In this document: piece by piece, positions 39,892 to 51,164 of the stretch
Numbering within the stretch: the first letter of the stretch is position 1
How the letters are laid out: the number at the start of each line of letters is the position of its first letter
NCBI GenBank assembly: GCA_026981985.1
Contig: JALSHZ010000121.1
Coordinates: 17,168-81,167, forward strand
DNA: 64,000 bases
Reading direction: 5' to 3'
Origin: Gammaproteobacteria bacterium
GTDB taxonomy: Bacteria; Pseudomonadota; Gammaproteobacteria; UWMA-0217
Translations under genes and position numbers: made by a program
Notes under the pieces: generated by a model
Seen by the model: the letters and a program-made list of their open reading frames with translations, nothing else
The model's database searches: none
Told to the model about the DNA's origin: nothing

Positions 39892-41940
39892 ATGAATCAG
39901 CTCAGCAAAGAAACTAGCCCCTACCTTCTCCAGCATGCCGATAACCCGGTCGACTGGTATCCGTGGAACCCGGAAGCGCTGGCACTTGCCCGCAATGAGG
40001 ACAAGCCGATCCTGCTGTCGATTGGCTATTCCGCCTGCCACTGGTGTCATGTCATGGCCCACGAGTCGTTCGAGGATGCAGCAACGGCCGAACTGATGAA
40101 CCGCTATTTCGTCAACATCAAGGTCGATCGCGAGGAGCGTCCCGATCTCGACCGGATCTATCAGACGGCGCACTATCTGTTGACTCAGCGCAGCGGTGGT
40201 TGGCCGCTCACCGTGTTTCTGACGCCGGATGATCTGCTGCCATTCTACGCCGGCACCTATTTTCCGCCTGTAGCACGACACGGCCTGCCCGGATTTCGGG
40301 ATCTGCTGGTCGGTGTCGCCGATCTCTACCGCGAGCGGCACGATGAGGTGCGCCAGCAGGGCGCGGCGTTACAGCGGGCCTTGTCTCAGGCGGTCAATCA
40401 GCGTCACCCCAGTGTCGAGCTGGGGCCGCAGCTGCTGGCCAGGGCGGTTGAGGCACTCGCCGAGCGCTATGATGCCGACAATGGTGGTTTCGGCCAGGCG
40501 CCGAAGTTTCCCCATCCCACCACGCTGGCATTTTTGCTGCGTCGCTGGCTATTGTCGCGTGGCGGAGATGAGGTCGACCTGAAAGCGCTGGAAATGCTGG
40601 CCTATACGCTGAAGAAAATGGCGTTGGGTGGTGTCAACGATCAGATCGGTGGTGGTTTCTGTCGTTATTCGGTGGATGACTACTGGATGATTCCTCACTT
40701 TGAAAAGATGCTGTACGACAATGCCCAGTTGCTGCCGCTCTATGCCACCACAGCGATCACCACCGGCAGCGCTTTGTTCCGGCGTGTTGCAGCGGAAACA
40801 GGGCAGTGGGTGATGCGCGAAATGCAGTCCCCAGAAGGGGGGTATTTCTCCGCGCTGGATGCCGATAGCGAGGGAGAGGAGGGCAAGTTCTATGTCTGGA
40901 CGACCGACGAGGTAGCAGCACTGCTCAGTGAGGAGGAGTACCTCTATTTTGCACACCGCTATGGCTTGAACCGGCCGTCCAATTTTGAGGGCAAATGGTT
41001 GCCTCATGTCTATATGGAGTATGAGGTGCTGGAGAAACAGTTCTCGCGGCCGGAAAGCGAGATTCGTCAGATTATCGACATGGCCCGCAACAAACTGCTG
41101 GCAGCACGATCCGGGCGGGTCAGGCCGGGCAAGGACGAGAAAGTCCTGACTTCATGGAATGGGTTGATGATCTCCGGCATGGCGATTGCGGGGAGATTGC
41201 TGGGGCGCGAGGATTTCATCGACTCGGCGGAGCAGGCGTTGGCATTCATTCAGCGTGAGCTATGGGTTGACGGGCGTTTGCTGGCCACCAGCAAGGACGG
41301 ACATGCCCATCTGGCTGCCTATCTCGACGACTACGCCTTCCTGCTGGACGCGATCCTGGAGCTGCTGCAAGCACGCTGGAATGCGGCGCAACTGCGTTTC
41401 GCTGGCAAGCTCGCCGATGTCATGCTCAAACACTTCGAAGATCACGACAACGGTGGCTTCTTTTTCACCGCTGATGATCACGAGCGCCTGCTGGAACGGC
41501 TCAAGCCCTTCGCTGACGAGGCATTGCCAGCCGGCAATGCGGTGGCGGCCAAGGCGCTGGGCCGACTGGGCTATCTGCTGGGTGACAACCGCTATATCGA
41601 TGCATCTCAGCGTTGCATGGCGGCCGGTTCCGGGCTGGTCGCTCAGGCGCCGGTAGCACACTGCGGCATGCTGGCAGCGCTGCAAGAACAGATCGAGCCG
41701 CCCAGGATCATGGTGGTTCGAGGTGAGGGGCAGGCGCTGGAGGAGTGGGCAATGGCGCTTGCTGCGCATTCAGATCCACGCACACTCGGCTTTGCGATAC
41801 CGAATGATGCCAGTGATTTGCCGCCGGCGCTGGCGATTAAATCGGGACGTGACGAAGGCCCGGTTGCCTATCTGTGTGAAGGCATACAGTGTGCCGAACC
41901 GGTTGTTGAGCTGGCAGATTTCACGCAATTACTGGCTTGA
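39892..41940 (+). CDS. Thioredoxin-domain protein of the DUF255/YyaL family (N-terminal thioredoxin fold plus six-hairpin glycosidase-like domain)
   Basis: The CHWCH motif near the N-terminus and SPATA20-like architecture. Confidence 0.88.
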   Translation: MNQLSKETSPYLLQHADNPVDWYPWNPEALALARNEDKPILLSIGYSACHWCHVMAHESFEDAATAELMNRYFVNIKVDREERPDLDRIYQTAHYLLTQRSGGWPLTVFLTPDDLLPFYAGTYFPPVARHGLPGFRDLLVGVADLYRERHDEVRQQGAALQRALSQAVNQRHPSVELGPQLLARAVEALAERYDADNGGFGQAPKFPHPTTLAFLLRRWLLSRGGDEVDLKALEMLAYTLKKMALGGVNDQIGGGFCRYSVDDYWMIPHFEKMLYDNAQLLPLYATTAITTGSALFRRVAAETGQWVMREMQSPEGGYFSALDADSEGEEGKFYVWTTDEVAALLSEEEYLYFAHRYGLNRPSNFEGKWLPHVYMEYEVLEKQFSRPESEIRQIIDMARNKLLAARSGRVRPGKDEKVLTSWNGLMISGMAIAGRLLGREDFIDSAEQALAFIQRELWVDGRLLATSKDGHAHLAAYLDDYAFLLDAILELLQARWNAAQLRFAGKLADVMLKHFEDHDNGGFFFTADDHERLLERLKPFADEALPAGNAVAAKALGRLGYLLGDNRYIDASQRCMAAGSGLVAQAPVAHCGMLAALQEQIEPPRIMVVRGEGQALEEWAMALAAHSDPRTLGFAIPNDASDLPPALAIKSGRDEGPVAYLCEGIQCAEPVVELADFTQLLA

Positions 41941-42124
41941 GTTGTGAGTGCGCGGTAGTCGATAGCTGCGGTTTTGGCAGAACATTACTCGTTCGTAATC
42001 TGTGCCGGGCTGGCTAGAAATTAATGTTCTATGTTATATACTCACTTTAATTGGTTGAAAATATTGCTTTTAAAGGTGCTGTAGCTGGTTGGTTGGCGGC
42101 GCCTTCTCACTGGGGAGTAGCGTC

Positions 42125-42565
42125 ATGAAATTTCTTGGAAGCCTGATGATCGCAGCATTTATCGTGATGATGCCGCAGTCGGCCATTAGCAAGATCAGGG
42201 TTGTCGATACCAGCAGCACCACACCGATGGACATCGTCTGGACCTCAAAGAACAGTACCGGCCAGGTTGTCGTACACCTCTATATGTATTGGGGCTTGCA
42301 GTGTCCGCATTGCCATGAGGCGATGCCGTTCATCAAGAAGATTGCGCGCAACTACCCCTGGGTGAAAGTGCATTTGCGCGAGATCAGTGAAAACCGCAAG
42401 AATCTGGTGTCGATGTACAACATGGCCGATGCGATCGGTGAGTCCAATGTAGCGATTCCGGCATTCTTCTACTGTGGTTATCTGTACACTGGCTGGGGTG
42501 ACGATGAGACCACGGGTGCATGGCTGGTGGATGAGCTGAAACAGTGCCGTGGTAATCCTATTTGA
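42125..42565 (+). CDS. Secreted thioredoxin-fold protein with a CPHC active site (DsbA-like motif)
   Basis: A signal peptide and CPHC. An AT-rich promoter region lies upstream. The gene is lower in GC. Confidence 0.65.
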   Translation: MKFLGSLMIAAFIVMMPQSAISKIRVVDTSSTTPMDIVWTSKNSTGQVVVHLYMYWGLQCPHCHEAMPFIKKIARNYPWVKVHLREISENRKNLVSMYNMADAIGESNVAIPAFFYCGYLYTGWGDDETTGAWLVDELKQCRGNPI

Positions 42566-42673
42566 CGAAACCGCCACCTCGGCGACACAAATTATGTAGA
42601 GCGTATCAGCCGTTCGGCTGATGCTTTGCACTTACGATTACGTCCTCTCCTAGCAGGTAAAAAGGGCGTATCA

Positions 42674-43702
42674 ATGAATAAGATCCTTACCGTCACCGTC
42701 AATTACAAGACAGCCGAACTCACCATCAAGTGCATTGAATCCGTTGCCCGGGAGCGTGAGCTGAATGCCCCGGGGCTGGAGATGTGTGTTGTCGACAATG
42801 ACTCGCAAGATGGCTCGGTCGAGAAAATTGCCGCGGCGGTACGGGAAAACGGCTGGTCCGATTGGGTTGAGGTGCTTCCCGCGGGTTGCAATGGCGGATT
42901 CTCCTTCGGCAACAATGTGGCGATCCGCCCTGCGCTCGCCCGGCCACGTGATCAGCAGCCTGACTTCATCTGGTTGCTCAACCCTGATTCTGAAGTCGAA
43001 CCCGGTGCGGCCCTTGAGCTGATCCGGTTCATGCAGGAGCGTCCGCGGGTGGGCATGACGACAGGGCTTTCCTATGGTTTGGATGATGAGATTCAGACCG
43101 TGGCCTATCGCCACTTCAGTCCGCTGACCGAGTTTGTTGGCATGTCACAAATTGGTGTGCTTGAACGCCTGATGCCGTTCTCGAATGTCGTGCTGCCGTT
43201 GGGTGATGAGCCCAGCCAGGCGGTCTGGCTTTCCGGCGCCTCGCTGATGATCCGTCGCGAGGTGTTCGATGATACGGGCCTGATGGATGAAGACTATTTT
43301 CTCTACTTCGAGGAAACCGATCTGTGCATCCAGGCCGGGCGTGCCGGCTGGGAGATGTGGTATGTGCCAGCCAGCCGGGTGATGCATGTCGAAGGCGCTG
43401 CGACGGGTTTCACGCTCGAAGAGGTGGCCAAGCCGCGGCGTGCGCGGTACTGGTTTGAGTCGCGGCGTCGTTTCTTCCGCAAAAACTACGGCTTGCTGGT
43501 CGCCATGCTGGCGGATCTGGGCCATCTGAGCGGATATATGCTGTGGCGTCTGCGCCGCATGCTCCAGAACAAGCCGGATCTCGACCCGCCGTTCTACTTG
43601 CGCGACTTCGTTGCCAACAGCATTTTCGTGGCAGGATTCGGTTTGGGGCGCAGCAAGCTGGCTATTCCGCAATCTCCAGAACGGCTCGCTGGCCGGGCGT
43701 AA
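42674..43702 (+). CDS. Family 2 glycosyltransferase (paralog 1 of 3)
   Basis: A GT-A fold with VVDNDSQDGS (DXD), and a conserved C-terminus YWFESRRRFF shared with the two other copies. Confidence 0.85.
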   Translation: MNKILTVTVNYKTAELTIKCIESVARERELNAPGLEMCVVDNDSQDGSVEKIAAAVRENGWSDWVEVLPAGCNGGFSFGNNVAIRPALARPRDQQPDFIWLLNPDSEVEPGAALELIRFMQERPRVGMTTGLSYGLDDEIQTVAYRHFSPLTEFVGMSQIGVLERLMPFSNVVLPLGDEPSQAVWLSGASLMIRREVFDDTGLMDEDYFLYFEETDLCIQAGRAGWEMWYVPASRVMHVEGAATGFTLEEVAKPRRARYWFESRRRFFRKNYGLLVAMLADLGHLSGYMLWRLRRMLQNKPDLDPPFYLRDFVANSIFVAGFGLGRSKLAIPQSPERLAGRA

Positions 43703-44459
43703 TGTCCTTGTCGGTGGTGAAGCTGACGCTGAGTTCAAGTAGTGCGGGGTTGCTTGCGGCCGGCGCTATCTGCTGGATCATTCCCTTGAAGCGTTCATCA
43801 CCAACAGTGACGCCGATCGTTTGCCCCACGGTGAGTTGATCGCCCTGTTGCGGCGTGATTCGCGCGATTGCCAGCAAGTGGCCACCGCGGGCAATGCGTA
43901 GTATGGGGGTGATATCGCAACGATTGCTGACCGTTTCACCGGGGTGGACATTCTGCTCGGTGATCACGCCACTGAACGGGGCGCGGATCTGGCTGTATTC
44001 GAGCTGGATTTGCGCCAGCGCCAGTTCCGCGTTGGCGCGTGCAAGGTCGGCCTGAGCGCTGTCGTAACGGGCCTGGACGTCTTCCAGTGCGGTGGTCGAC
44101 AGTACCGTGCGATCGAACAGTTCCTCGGCGTGGCGTAACTCCCGCTCGGCAATGCGGAGCTGGCTGCTGAGGCGCTGAACCTCCGCTGCGGCGCGTTTCT
44201 TCTCTGCTTGCAGCGGGCGTGGGTCCAGTGTGGCAAGCAAGGCCCGTTTCTTCACCCGATCACCAACCGAGACCTTCACGCTGGCGATACGGCCGCTCAA
44301 CGGTGTCGACAGCGTGGCGGTCTCGGCCCAGCGCAGGGTTGCCGGCAGTTCTTCGGCCGTGGCGTCCTGGCTGATCGGCGCAAGCATCACCAGGAGTATT
44401 GAAAAACAACGGCTGAATTGACGTGATGCCTTGGTGATTCGGCTGTGTGATTGTGTCAT
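43662..44459 (-). CDS. Short HlyD-family periplasmic adaptor (membrane fusion protein)
   Basis: A signal peptide, a biotinyl/lipoyl-like domain, an alpha-hairpin and a beta-barrel domain. It overlaps the TolC-family gene by 4 bp. Confidence 0.8.
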   Translation of the reverse strand: MTQSHSRITKASRQFSRCFSILLVMLAPISQDATAEELPATLRWAETATLSTPLSGRIASVKVSVGDRVKKRALLATLDPRPLQAEKKRAAAEVQRLSSQLRIAERELRHAEELFDRTVLSTTALEDVQARYDSAQADLARANAELALAQIQLEYSQIRAPFSGVITEQNVHPGETVSNRCDITPILRIARGGHLLAIARITPQQGDQLTVGQTIGVTVGDERFKGMIQQIAPAASNPALLELSVSFTTDKDITPGQRAVLEIAE

Positions 44460-45799
44460 TGCGTGGCCTCGTTTGCGGCGGCTGCATCAGGTGGTGTGAG
44501 GGCGCTCCAGCTGGGGTTGCCGGTCAGAACAACCAGTGTTTCGCGTGCCAACGCCAGCTCAAAGCGGGTTTTTTCCGCAAACTGGCGGGCATCGCTCTGT
44601 TCAACCATGGCATCGCCCAGATCGGTCTTGATTTCCAGTTCATATTCGGCGCGGCTGCGATCCAGGTAAAGTTCACGGTAGTCTTCACGGATAGTCGCCT
44701 GTTTCAGTTGTAGCTGAAGTGTCGCGATCTGCTGCAATGTCGTCAGTAGCTTTTGCCTGATTTCGTATTCGGTCTGTGTCTTTTGTGCAGTGAGGCTGCG
44801 CCGTTTGGCAAGGCGGGCACTGATGTCGGCATCGACACGTCCACCCTGATACAAGGGCACATTGATGCCGAGAATGCCGCGCAATGGCGTGCGGCTGCCA
44901 TACTCCTGGCGATATTCATGGGCTTCCAGTTGTAGATAGAGTTCTGGGTAGCGTTGCGCACGAACGGCTTTTTGCTCGTCTTGCAAGGCCAGTAGCTGCG
45001 CATTCAGGGCCTGGAGCGCCGGATTGTTGGCCAGGCTGTCGTTGAGCAGATCTTCATATTCGGGCAGCGGGCTTGTCAGCCCGGGCAGTTGGGGTGGCTC
45101 CAGAGTGGCGGAGAGCTCATCTGGACGGTTCAGTGTCAGTGCTAGCTGGGCGCGGGTCTGGCGTTGTGCCGATTCCGCACGCTGGCGCTGTAGCAACTGC
45201 TGCTGATAGGCATCCTCCAGCTTGAGCAGCTCAAGCTCCGGGATTCTCCCAAGTTCCAGTTCATCCCTCGCTCGGTCGAGACGAACATAGGCAACGGCCA
45301 TGGCTTCGTTAGCGCTAGCGGCGGCGAGGTCGGCGAGCAGGACGTTGAAGTAGTCTTGCATCACTTGCTGGCGTAGCTGTAGTCGTGTCAGGGCCAGCGT
45401 CGCCCGGCTCGCGGCGGTTTCTTTGGAAGCTGCATCAATGCGGTGGCGGGTGCGCCCAAAATCATACAGGCGCTTGTATAAGGTGATGCTCGCTCGTGAG
45501 TCGTCGCGACTGTCGTAGGGTGGGCCGGCTATTGGCTTGATACGATGTAATTCTGCGGTCAAGTCGATGCGGGTATCGTCGCTTGCTGCAACCTGTGCGG
45601 CATCCGCTTCGCGGCTTGCCGTGTCGGCTTGTGCTCCAACGAGGCGGGGGTGGTTGTCATCGATCGAGGCCAGTGCTGCCGCCAGACTGAGTGGTTCGGG
45701 CAATGTTGCGGCTGGGGTTTCCATCTCGTCGCCAGCGCTAGTGTTTTGGCACCATAGCAGGCTGAGGAGAATCAGCTGAGGCAGTAACCGCTTGCTCAT
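44456..45799 (-). CDS. TolC-family outer-membrane efflux protein
   Basis: The signal peptide MSKRLLPQLILLSLLW and two OEP repeats. The ORF could extend to 46054. Confidence 0.85.
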   Translation of the reverse strand: MSKRLLPQLILLSLLWCQNTSAGDEMETPAATLPEPLSLAAALASIDDNHPRLVGAQADTASREADAAQVAASDDTRIDLTAELHRIKPIAGPPYDSRDDSRASITLYKRLYDFGRTRHRIDAASKETAASRATLALTRLQLRQQVMQDYFNVLLADLAAASANEAMAVAYVRLDRARDELELGRIPELELLKLEDAYQQQLLQRQRAESAQRQTRAQLALTLNRPDELSATLEPPQLPGLTSPLPEYEDLLNDSLANNPALQALNAQLLALQDEQKAVRAQRYPELYLQLEAHEYRQEYGSRTPLRGILGINVPLYQGGRVDADISARLAKRRSLTAQKTQTEYEIRQKLLTTLQQIATLQLQLKQATIREDYRELYLDRSRAEYELEIKTDLGDAMVEQSDARQFAEKTRFELALARETLVVLTGNPSWSALTPPDAAAANEATQ

Positions 45800-45812
45800 G
45801 CGAGGGGGGTTC

Positions 45813-46352
45813 CTAGCGTTGTCGTTGGCTGAGCTTGAAGCGGGTAAAGCTGCCATTCTTGTAGTGGCCCTCTGCGACATAGCGGCCGAGCAACATGAAC
45901 TCCTTTGCGTCGCGACTTGCACCGATGAAACGTGCAGTCCGTTTGCCTTCGAGGTCGAAAAAGGCGATGACAGGCGTTGCTCTGACGCGGTGCTCTCTGC
46001 TGGCGAAGTCCTTCTGGGTCGTCTGTTTGCCCGCGAAATTGACCAGTTCCACATCGCCTTCGATATCGATACTGATGATGCGGAAGTGTTTGCGGTAGTA
46101 GTCCTGAACGTCGGGTTGGTTGAGCACCTCCCGTTTCATGCGGTGGCAGAACGGACAGTCGTCCATCTCGAAGAAGATCACGATGCCCTGTTTGCCTTCT
46201 TCTCGCGCTGTCTCCAACTCTTCGGAAAGGTCGCCAAAGGACTCCTGAAAGAAGTGGGTGGCAGGGTCACGGCCCGCAGCAGAAAGGCCGGGGATGGAGA
46301 GAGCGATGGCGAGTATCAGCAGAAAAAACAGCTTTGGGGTGTGTCTGTGCAT
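45813..46352 (-). CDS. Secreted thioredoxin-fold protein with a CPFC motif (SoxW/TlpA-like)
   Basis: A signal peptide and DDCPFCHRMK. It is the first gene of the TolC-family and adaptor operon. Confidence 0.7.
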   Translation of the reverse strand: MHRHTPKLFFLLILAIALSIPGLSAAGRDPATHFFQESFGDLSEELETAREEGKQGIVIFFEMDDCPFCHRMKREVLNQPDVQDYYRKHFRIISIDIEGDVELVNFAGKQTTQKDFASREHRVRATPVIAFFDLEGKRTARFIGASRDAKEFMLLGRYVAEGHYKNGSFTRFKLSQRQR

Positions 46353-46550
46353 GAATGTGGCGATGCTCCAGTGCGTTGTCGAGGCACTCAACAATACTGG
46401 ATCAAGGGGTTCGGGCGATCAAGCGACTTTTTCCCAGCCATTGCAGCGTGTTCCCTGACTGCCGGCCTGGCAACAAGGTATGACGTGGCTTGAAAAACCA
46501 CTCTCGTGGCGCCATGCTGAACAGACAATCTTCTTTTCTGCGAGACCCAC

Positions 46551-47024
46551 GTGCCCCTTCTTCTGCTCTTTATCGTTGTCCCAATCGTCGAACTCTATTT
46601 CCTCATCAAGGTTGGCAGCATCATTGGTGTTATTCCCACGATTTTGATCGTCATTGCCACAGCGGTCATTGGCACGGCGCTGCTGCGCCAGCAAGGGCTT
46701 GCAACCCTGCACCGCTATCAGCAAAGCCTGTCCAGCGGTCGCTTGCCGGCGCAGGAGATGATCGAAGGGCTGGCGCTGGTCTTTGGCGGGGCATTGCTGC
46801 TCACCCCGGGGTTTGTCACCGATGCGGTCGGATTTCTCTGTCTGATCCCGATCACCCGGCAGGCAGTGATCCGCTGGTTGTTGAAACGGGTACGCATCCG
46901 TGGGGTTTCAATGATGTCGCAGCGAAGCCGCTGGAATCATCAAAGTGATGATTTCGACGCGCCGGAGCAACCGCAGGGTGGTCGAACGATCGAAGGGGAG
47001 TTCACCCGCAAAGACCGGGATTAA
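46551..47024 (+). CDS. fxsA: FxsA family cytoplasmic-membrane protein
   Basis: MPLLLLFIVVPIVELYFLIKVG... Confidence 0.9.
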   Translation: MPLLLLFIVVPIVELYFLIKVGSIIGVIPTILIVIATAVIGTALLRQQGLATLHRYQQSLSSGRLPAQEMIEGLALVFGGALLLTPGFVTDAVGFLCLIPITRQAVIRWLLKRVRIRGVSMMSQRSRWNHQSDDFDAPEQPQGGRTIEGEFTRKDRD

Positions 47025-47149
47025 CCCGAGATCATCTCTATTTGCAATCCGGGTTCTTTCCGGTCGTCCACCGGCTCAAGACGTGGTGATGGTGCGATGC
47101 TGACGAGAACCGAACTCTCGCCAGCTGGTGAGATGGGCGGGCTTGCGGC

Positions 47150-47236
47150 TTACCAACCGCGGCGATGACCATAGAGTGCCAGCGCGCCGGCACAGCTGAC
47201 GATGATCCAGATGACGACAATGTCGTTGATGCTCAT
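47150..47236 (-). CDS. Candidate 28 aa hydrophobic small protein (MSINDIVVIWIIVSCAGALALYGHRRGW)
   Basis: An AAGGAGG ribosome-binding site lies 7 nt upstream of the ATG. It has a single transmembrane helix. It is divergent from csrA. Confidence 0.4.
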   Translation of the reverse strand: MSINDIVVIWIIVSCAGALALYGHRRGW

Positions 47237-47453
47237 GATGGGCCTCCTTGCGACTACATGATGTCGAATCAGGTGGCTATTTTCCGGGCCTTGGTGGTGA
47301 AATTGCAGTGCAGAATGCAAACAATTGTTGTCTCCGGGAGATTGTTGCCAGCGCAGCAATCCAGATGTGTTCAAGCTCACATCCTAGTGTAATCACTTGG
47401 TCTAGCATGTTTCTGGCCAAAGAAAATGCTGGAAACAGAATTTTACAATCTAC

Positions 47454-47459
47454 TATAAT
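47454..47459 (+). promoter_or_regulatory. Perfect TATAAT -10 box upstream of csrA
   Basis: TATAAT lies 58 bp upstream of the csrA ATG in an AT-rich leader. Confidence 0.4.
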
Positions 47460-47517
47460 CCAGGTCACAAAAAAAACGCGACTGCAGTTCGGTATTACGA
47501 CAAACGGGGAAAGGACG

Positions 47518-47745
47518 ATGTTGATATTGACTCGCCGGATTGGCGAAACGGTAATGATCGGAGATGATGTTTCAGTCACGATTCTGGGTGTAAAAGGCAA
47601 TCAGATACGGGTGGGCATCAATGCACCGAATGATGTCGCGGTACATCGGGAAGAGGTGTATCAGAAACTACAGGCTGAAAAGTCGGTTAAGAAACCGAGA
47701 ATGACAACAAGAAAGCCGACGATCTCTTTGGTTCGAGGCGGCTAA
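47518..47745 (+). CDS. csrA: Carbon storage regulator CsrA/RsmA family. An orphan paralog with an extended C-terminus.
   Basis: [48 protein letters not shown], with a GGAAAGGA ribosome-binding site. Confidence 0.9.
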   Translation: MLILTRRIGETVMIGDDVSVTILGVKGNQIRVGINAPNDVAVHREEVYQKLQAEKSVKKPRMTTRKPTISLVRGG

Positions 47746-47879
47746 GACGACTTTAGCGTCGTTAGTCCCGGGCACTACGCGATGGTGTTGCTTCAGGACA
47801 GCTTTCTGCCTGCCGCGGGGCGGTGGATGGTCTATTATTTGATCATTCCTTAATCTGGCCACGCAGGAGTGAACCACCG

Positions 47880-48158
47880 GTGATTCACGTCACGAAGCTC
47901 GTTCTCGATGTGCTCAAACCACATCAACCCAATGCACTCGATTTTTCCTGCACTGTTGCCGAGGTCGGCGCCAACTATCGTGTACAGCTCGTTGTGGTCG
48001 AGGTCGATGAGCATACCGAGACGGTACGTGTGCGGATCGAGGGTGATCACCTCGATTTCGCTGCCATCGAGAAAGCAATCGCTGGCATGGGTGGTTCGCT
48101 CCACAGTATCGACGAGGTGGATGTCTGCAACATGGCGGCTCCGCAGCTGGAGGAGTGA
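47880..48158 (+). CDS. DUF211 (COG1888) family protein
   Basis: VIHVTKLVLDVLKPH...IHSIDEV. An AGGAG ribosome-binding site lies 10 nt before GTG 47880. A longer ORF starts at 47823. Confidence 0.65.
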   Translation: MIHVTKLVLDVLKPHQPNALDFSCTVAEVGANYRVQLVVVEVDEHTETVRVRIEGDHLDFAAIEKAIAGMGGSLHSIDEVDVCNMAAPQLEE

Positions 48159-48215
48159 TGCCATGCACTCCCGTCACTATCCAAGCTGCTTCTGTTTACG
48201 GAAATTCCTGATGTG

Positions 48216-48794
48216 ATGGGCCTGAGCCGGCGGCTGGTATTCCTGCTGCGTATTTCCGAATCACACGGCATTATTCGTCGCTATTTTGTGGTCAATGGCT
48301 TTGATGGCGCATTGACGATGCTGGGGATCATCATGGGTTTCGCACTGGCGGAGCCGACCAACACCGATGTCGTCATCAGCGCCTGCCTTGGGGCGGCGAT
48401 CGCGCTTGCGGTCAGTGGCGTCAGCAGCGCCTATATCAGTGAGGTAGCCGAGCGCCGCAAACGTCTGCATGAACTGGAGCAGGCCATGATCCGTGACCTG
48501 ACGCATAGCGCCCACGGCGAAGCAGCACGGTGGATGCCGCTGCTGGTGGGGCTGGTCAATGGCATGTCGCCGTTACTGATTTCCTTGCTGATCATGTTGC
48601 CGTTGTGGCTGGCCAAGGCGGGGCTGGCGCTACCTGTGTCGCCGCTGCTGCTGGCTGTTCTGATTGCGCTGGCAATCGTTTTCCTGCTGGGCGTCTTTCT
48701 TGGCCGTATCTCGGGCATTTCCTGGCTGCGTAGTGGTTTGCAGACCATTGTGATTGCGGTGGCGACGATTTCTCTGGTCTATCTGTTCAGCTGA
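48216..48794 (+). CDS. VIT1/CCC1-family (DUF125, COG1814) membrane protein
   Basis: The N-terminal motif VVNGFDGALTMLGIIMG and about five transmembrane helices. It forms the conserved pair with the DUF211 gene. Confidence 0.7.
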   Translation: MGLSRRLVFLLRISESHGIIRRYFVVNGFDGALTMLGIIMGFALAEPTNTDVVISACLGAAIALAVSGVSSAYISEVAERRKRLHELEQAMIRDLTHSAHGEAARWMPLLVGLVNGMSPLLISLLIMLPLWLAKAGLALPVSPLLLAVLIALAIVFLLGVFLGRISGISWLRSGLQTIVIAVATISLVYLFS

Positions 48795-48863
48795 CGAGCT
48801 GCCTGGGCGTGATTCAACGGTGGTGGATTGCCGATCTGTGGCACGTTTTCTTCACGCAGGCAT

Positions 48864-48891
48864 TGACATCCAAAAACGCATCCCTATTATT
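48864..48891 (+). promoter_or_regulatory. Candidate groESL promoter (TTGACA, about 15-16 nt spacer, TATTAT)
   Basis: The -35 box TTGACA lies at 48864-48869 and a -10-like box at 48885-48890. Confidence 0.45.
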
Positions 48892-48916
48892 GGCACTCAT
48901 CCGGGGTGAGTGCTAG
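48890..48916 (+). promoter_or_regulatory. CIRCE element (HrcA operator) TTGGCACTC-N9-GAGTGCTAG
   Basis: It matches the CIRCE consensus TTAGCACTC-N9-GAGTGCTAA at 16 of 18 positions. It lies about 90 bp upstream of groES. Confidence 0.75.
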
Positions 48917-49008
48917 CAGAGGCGTGTCGCCTGCTGCCACGTGGCGCTGATCACCTGACCGGAACTCGAATCAATTCAACTGGACTCAAATCAAAGGAGA
49001 TTTGTCGA

Positions 49009-50965
<1,957 letters not shown>

Positions 50966-50995
50966 GCCCTTTTCCAACCAGGAAAAGCGTCAAGG

Positions 50996-51029
50996 AAAGC
51001 CCCGCCTCGTGCGGGGCTTTCCGCGTTTT
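50996..51029 (+). terminator. Rho-independent terminator after groEL
   Basis: aagccccgc-ctcgt-gcggggctt followed by a T run. Confidence 0.75.
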
Positions 51030-51164
51030 GGCATTGCCAAGATGATGAACATCAGGGGTGAAAAATGCCTCCCCCTTCCATTTTGTCTACTGCTCGACAC
51101 CCATACCCCCCCAGCCTTTGGTAGCATCAGGGAACCTTCCATGATCCGTACTCAGGAGTAGCGC

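Noticed and set aside
47150-47380. A 76 aa extended version of the small minus-strand ORF
   Set aside because: The upstream extension runs through the AT-rich csrA promoter region with no ribosome-binding site. Only the 28 aa version has a strong Shine-Dalgarno sequence.
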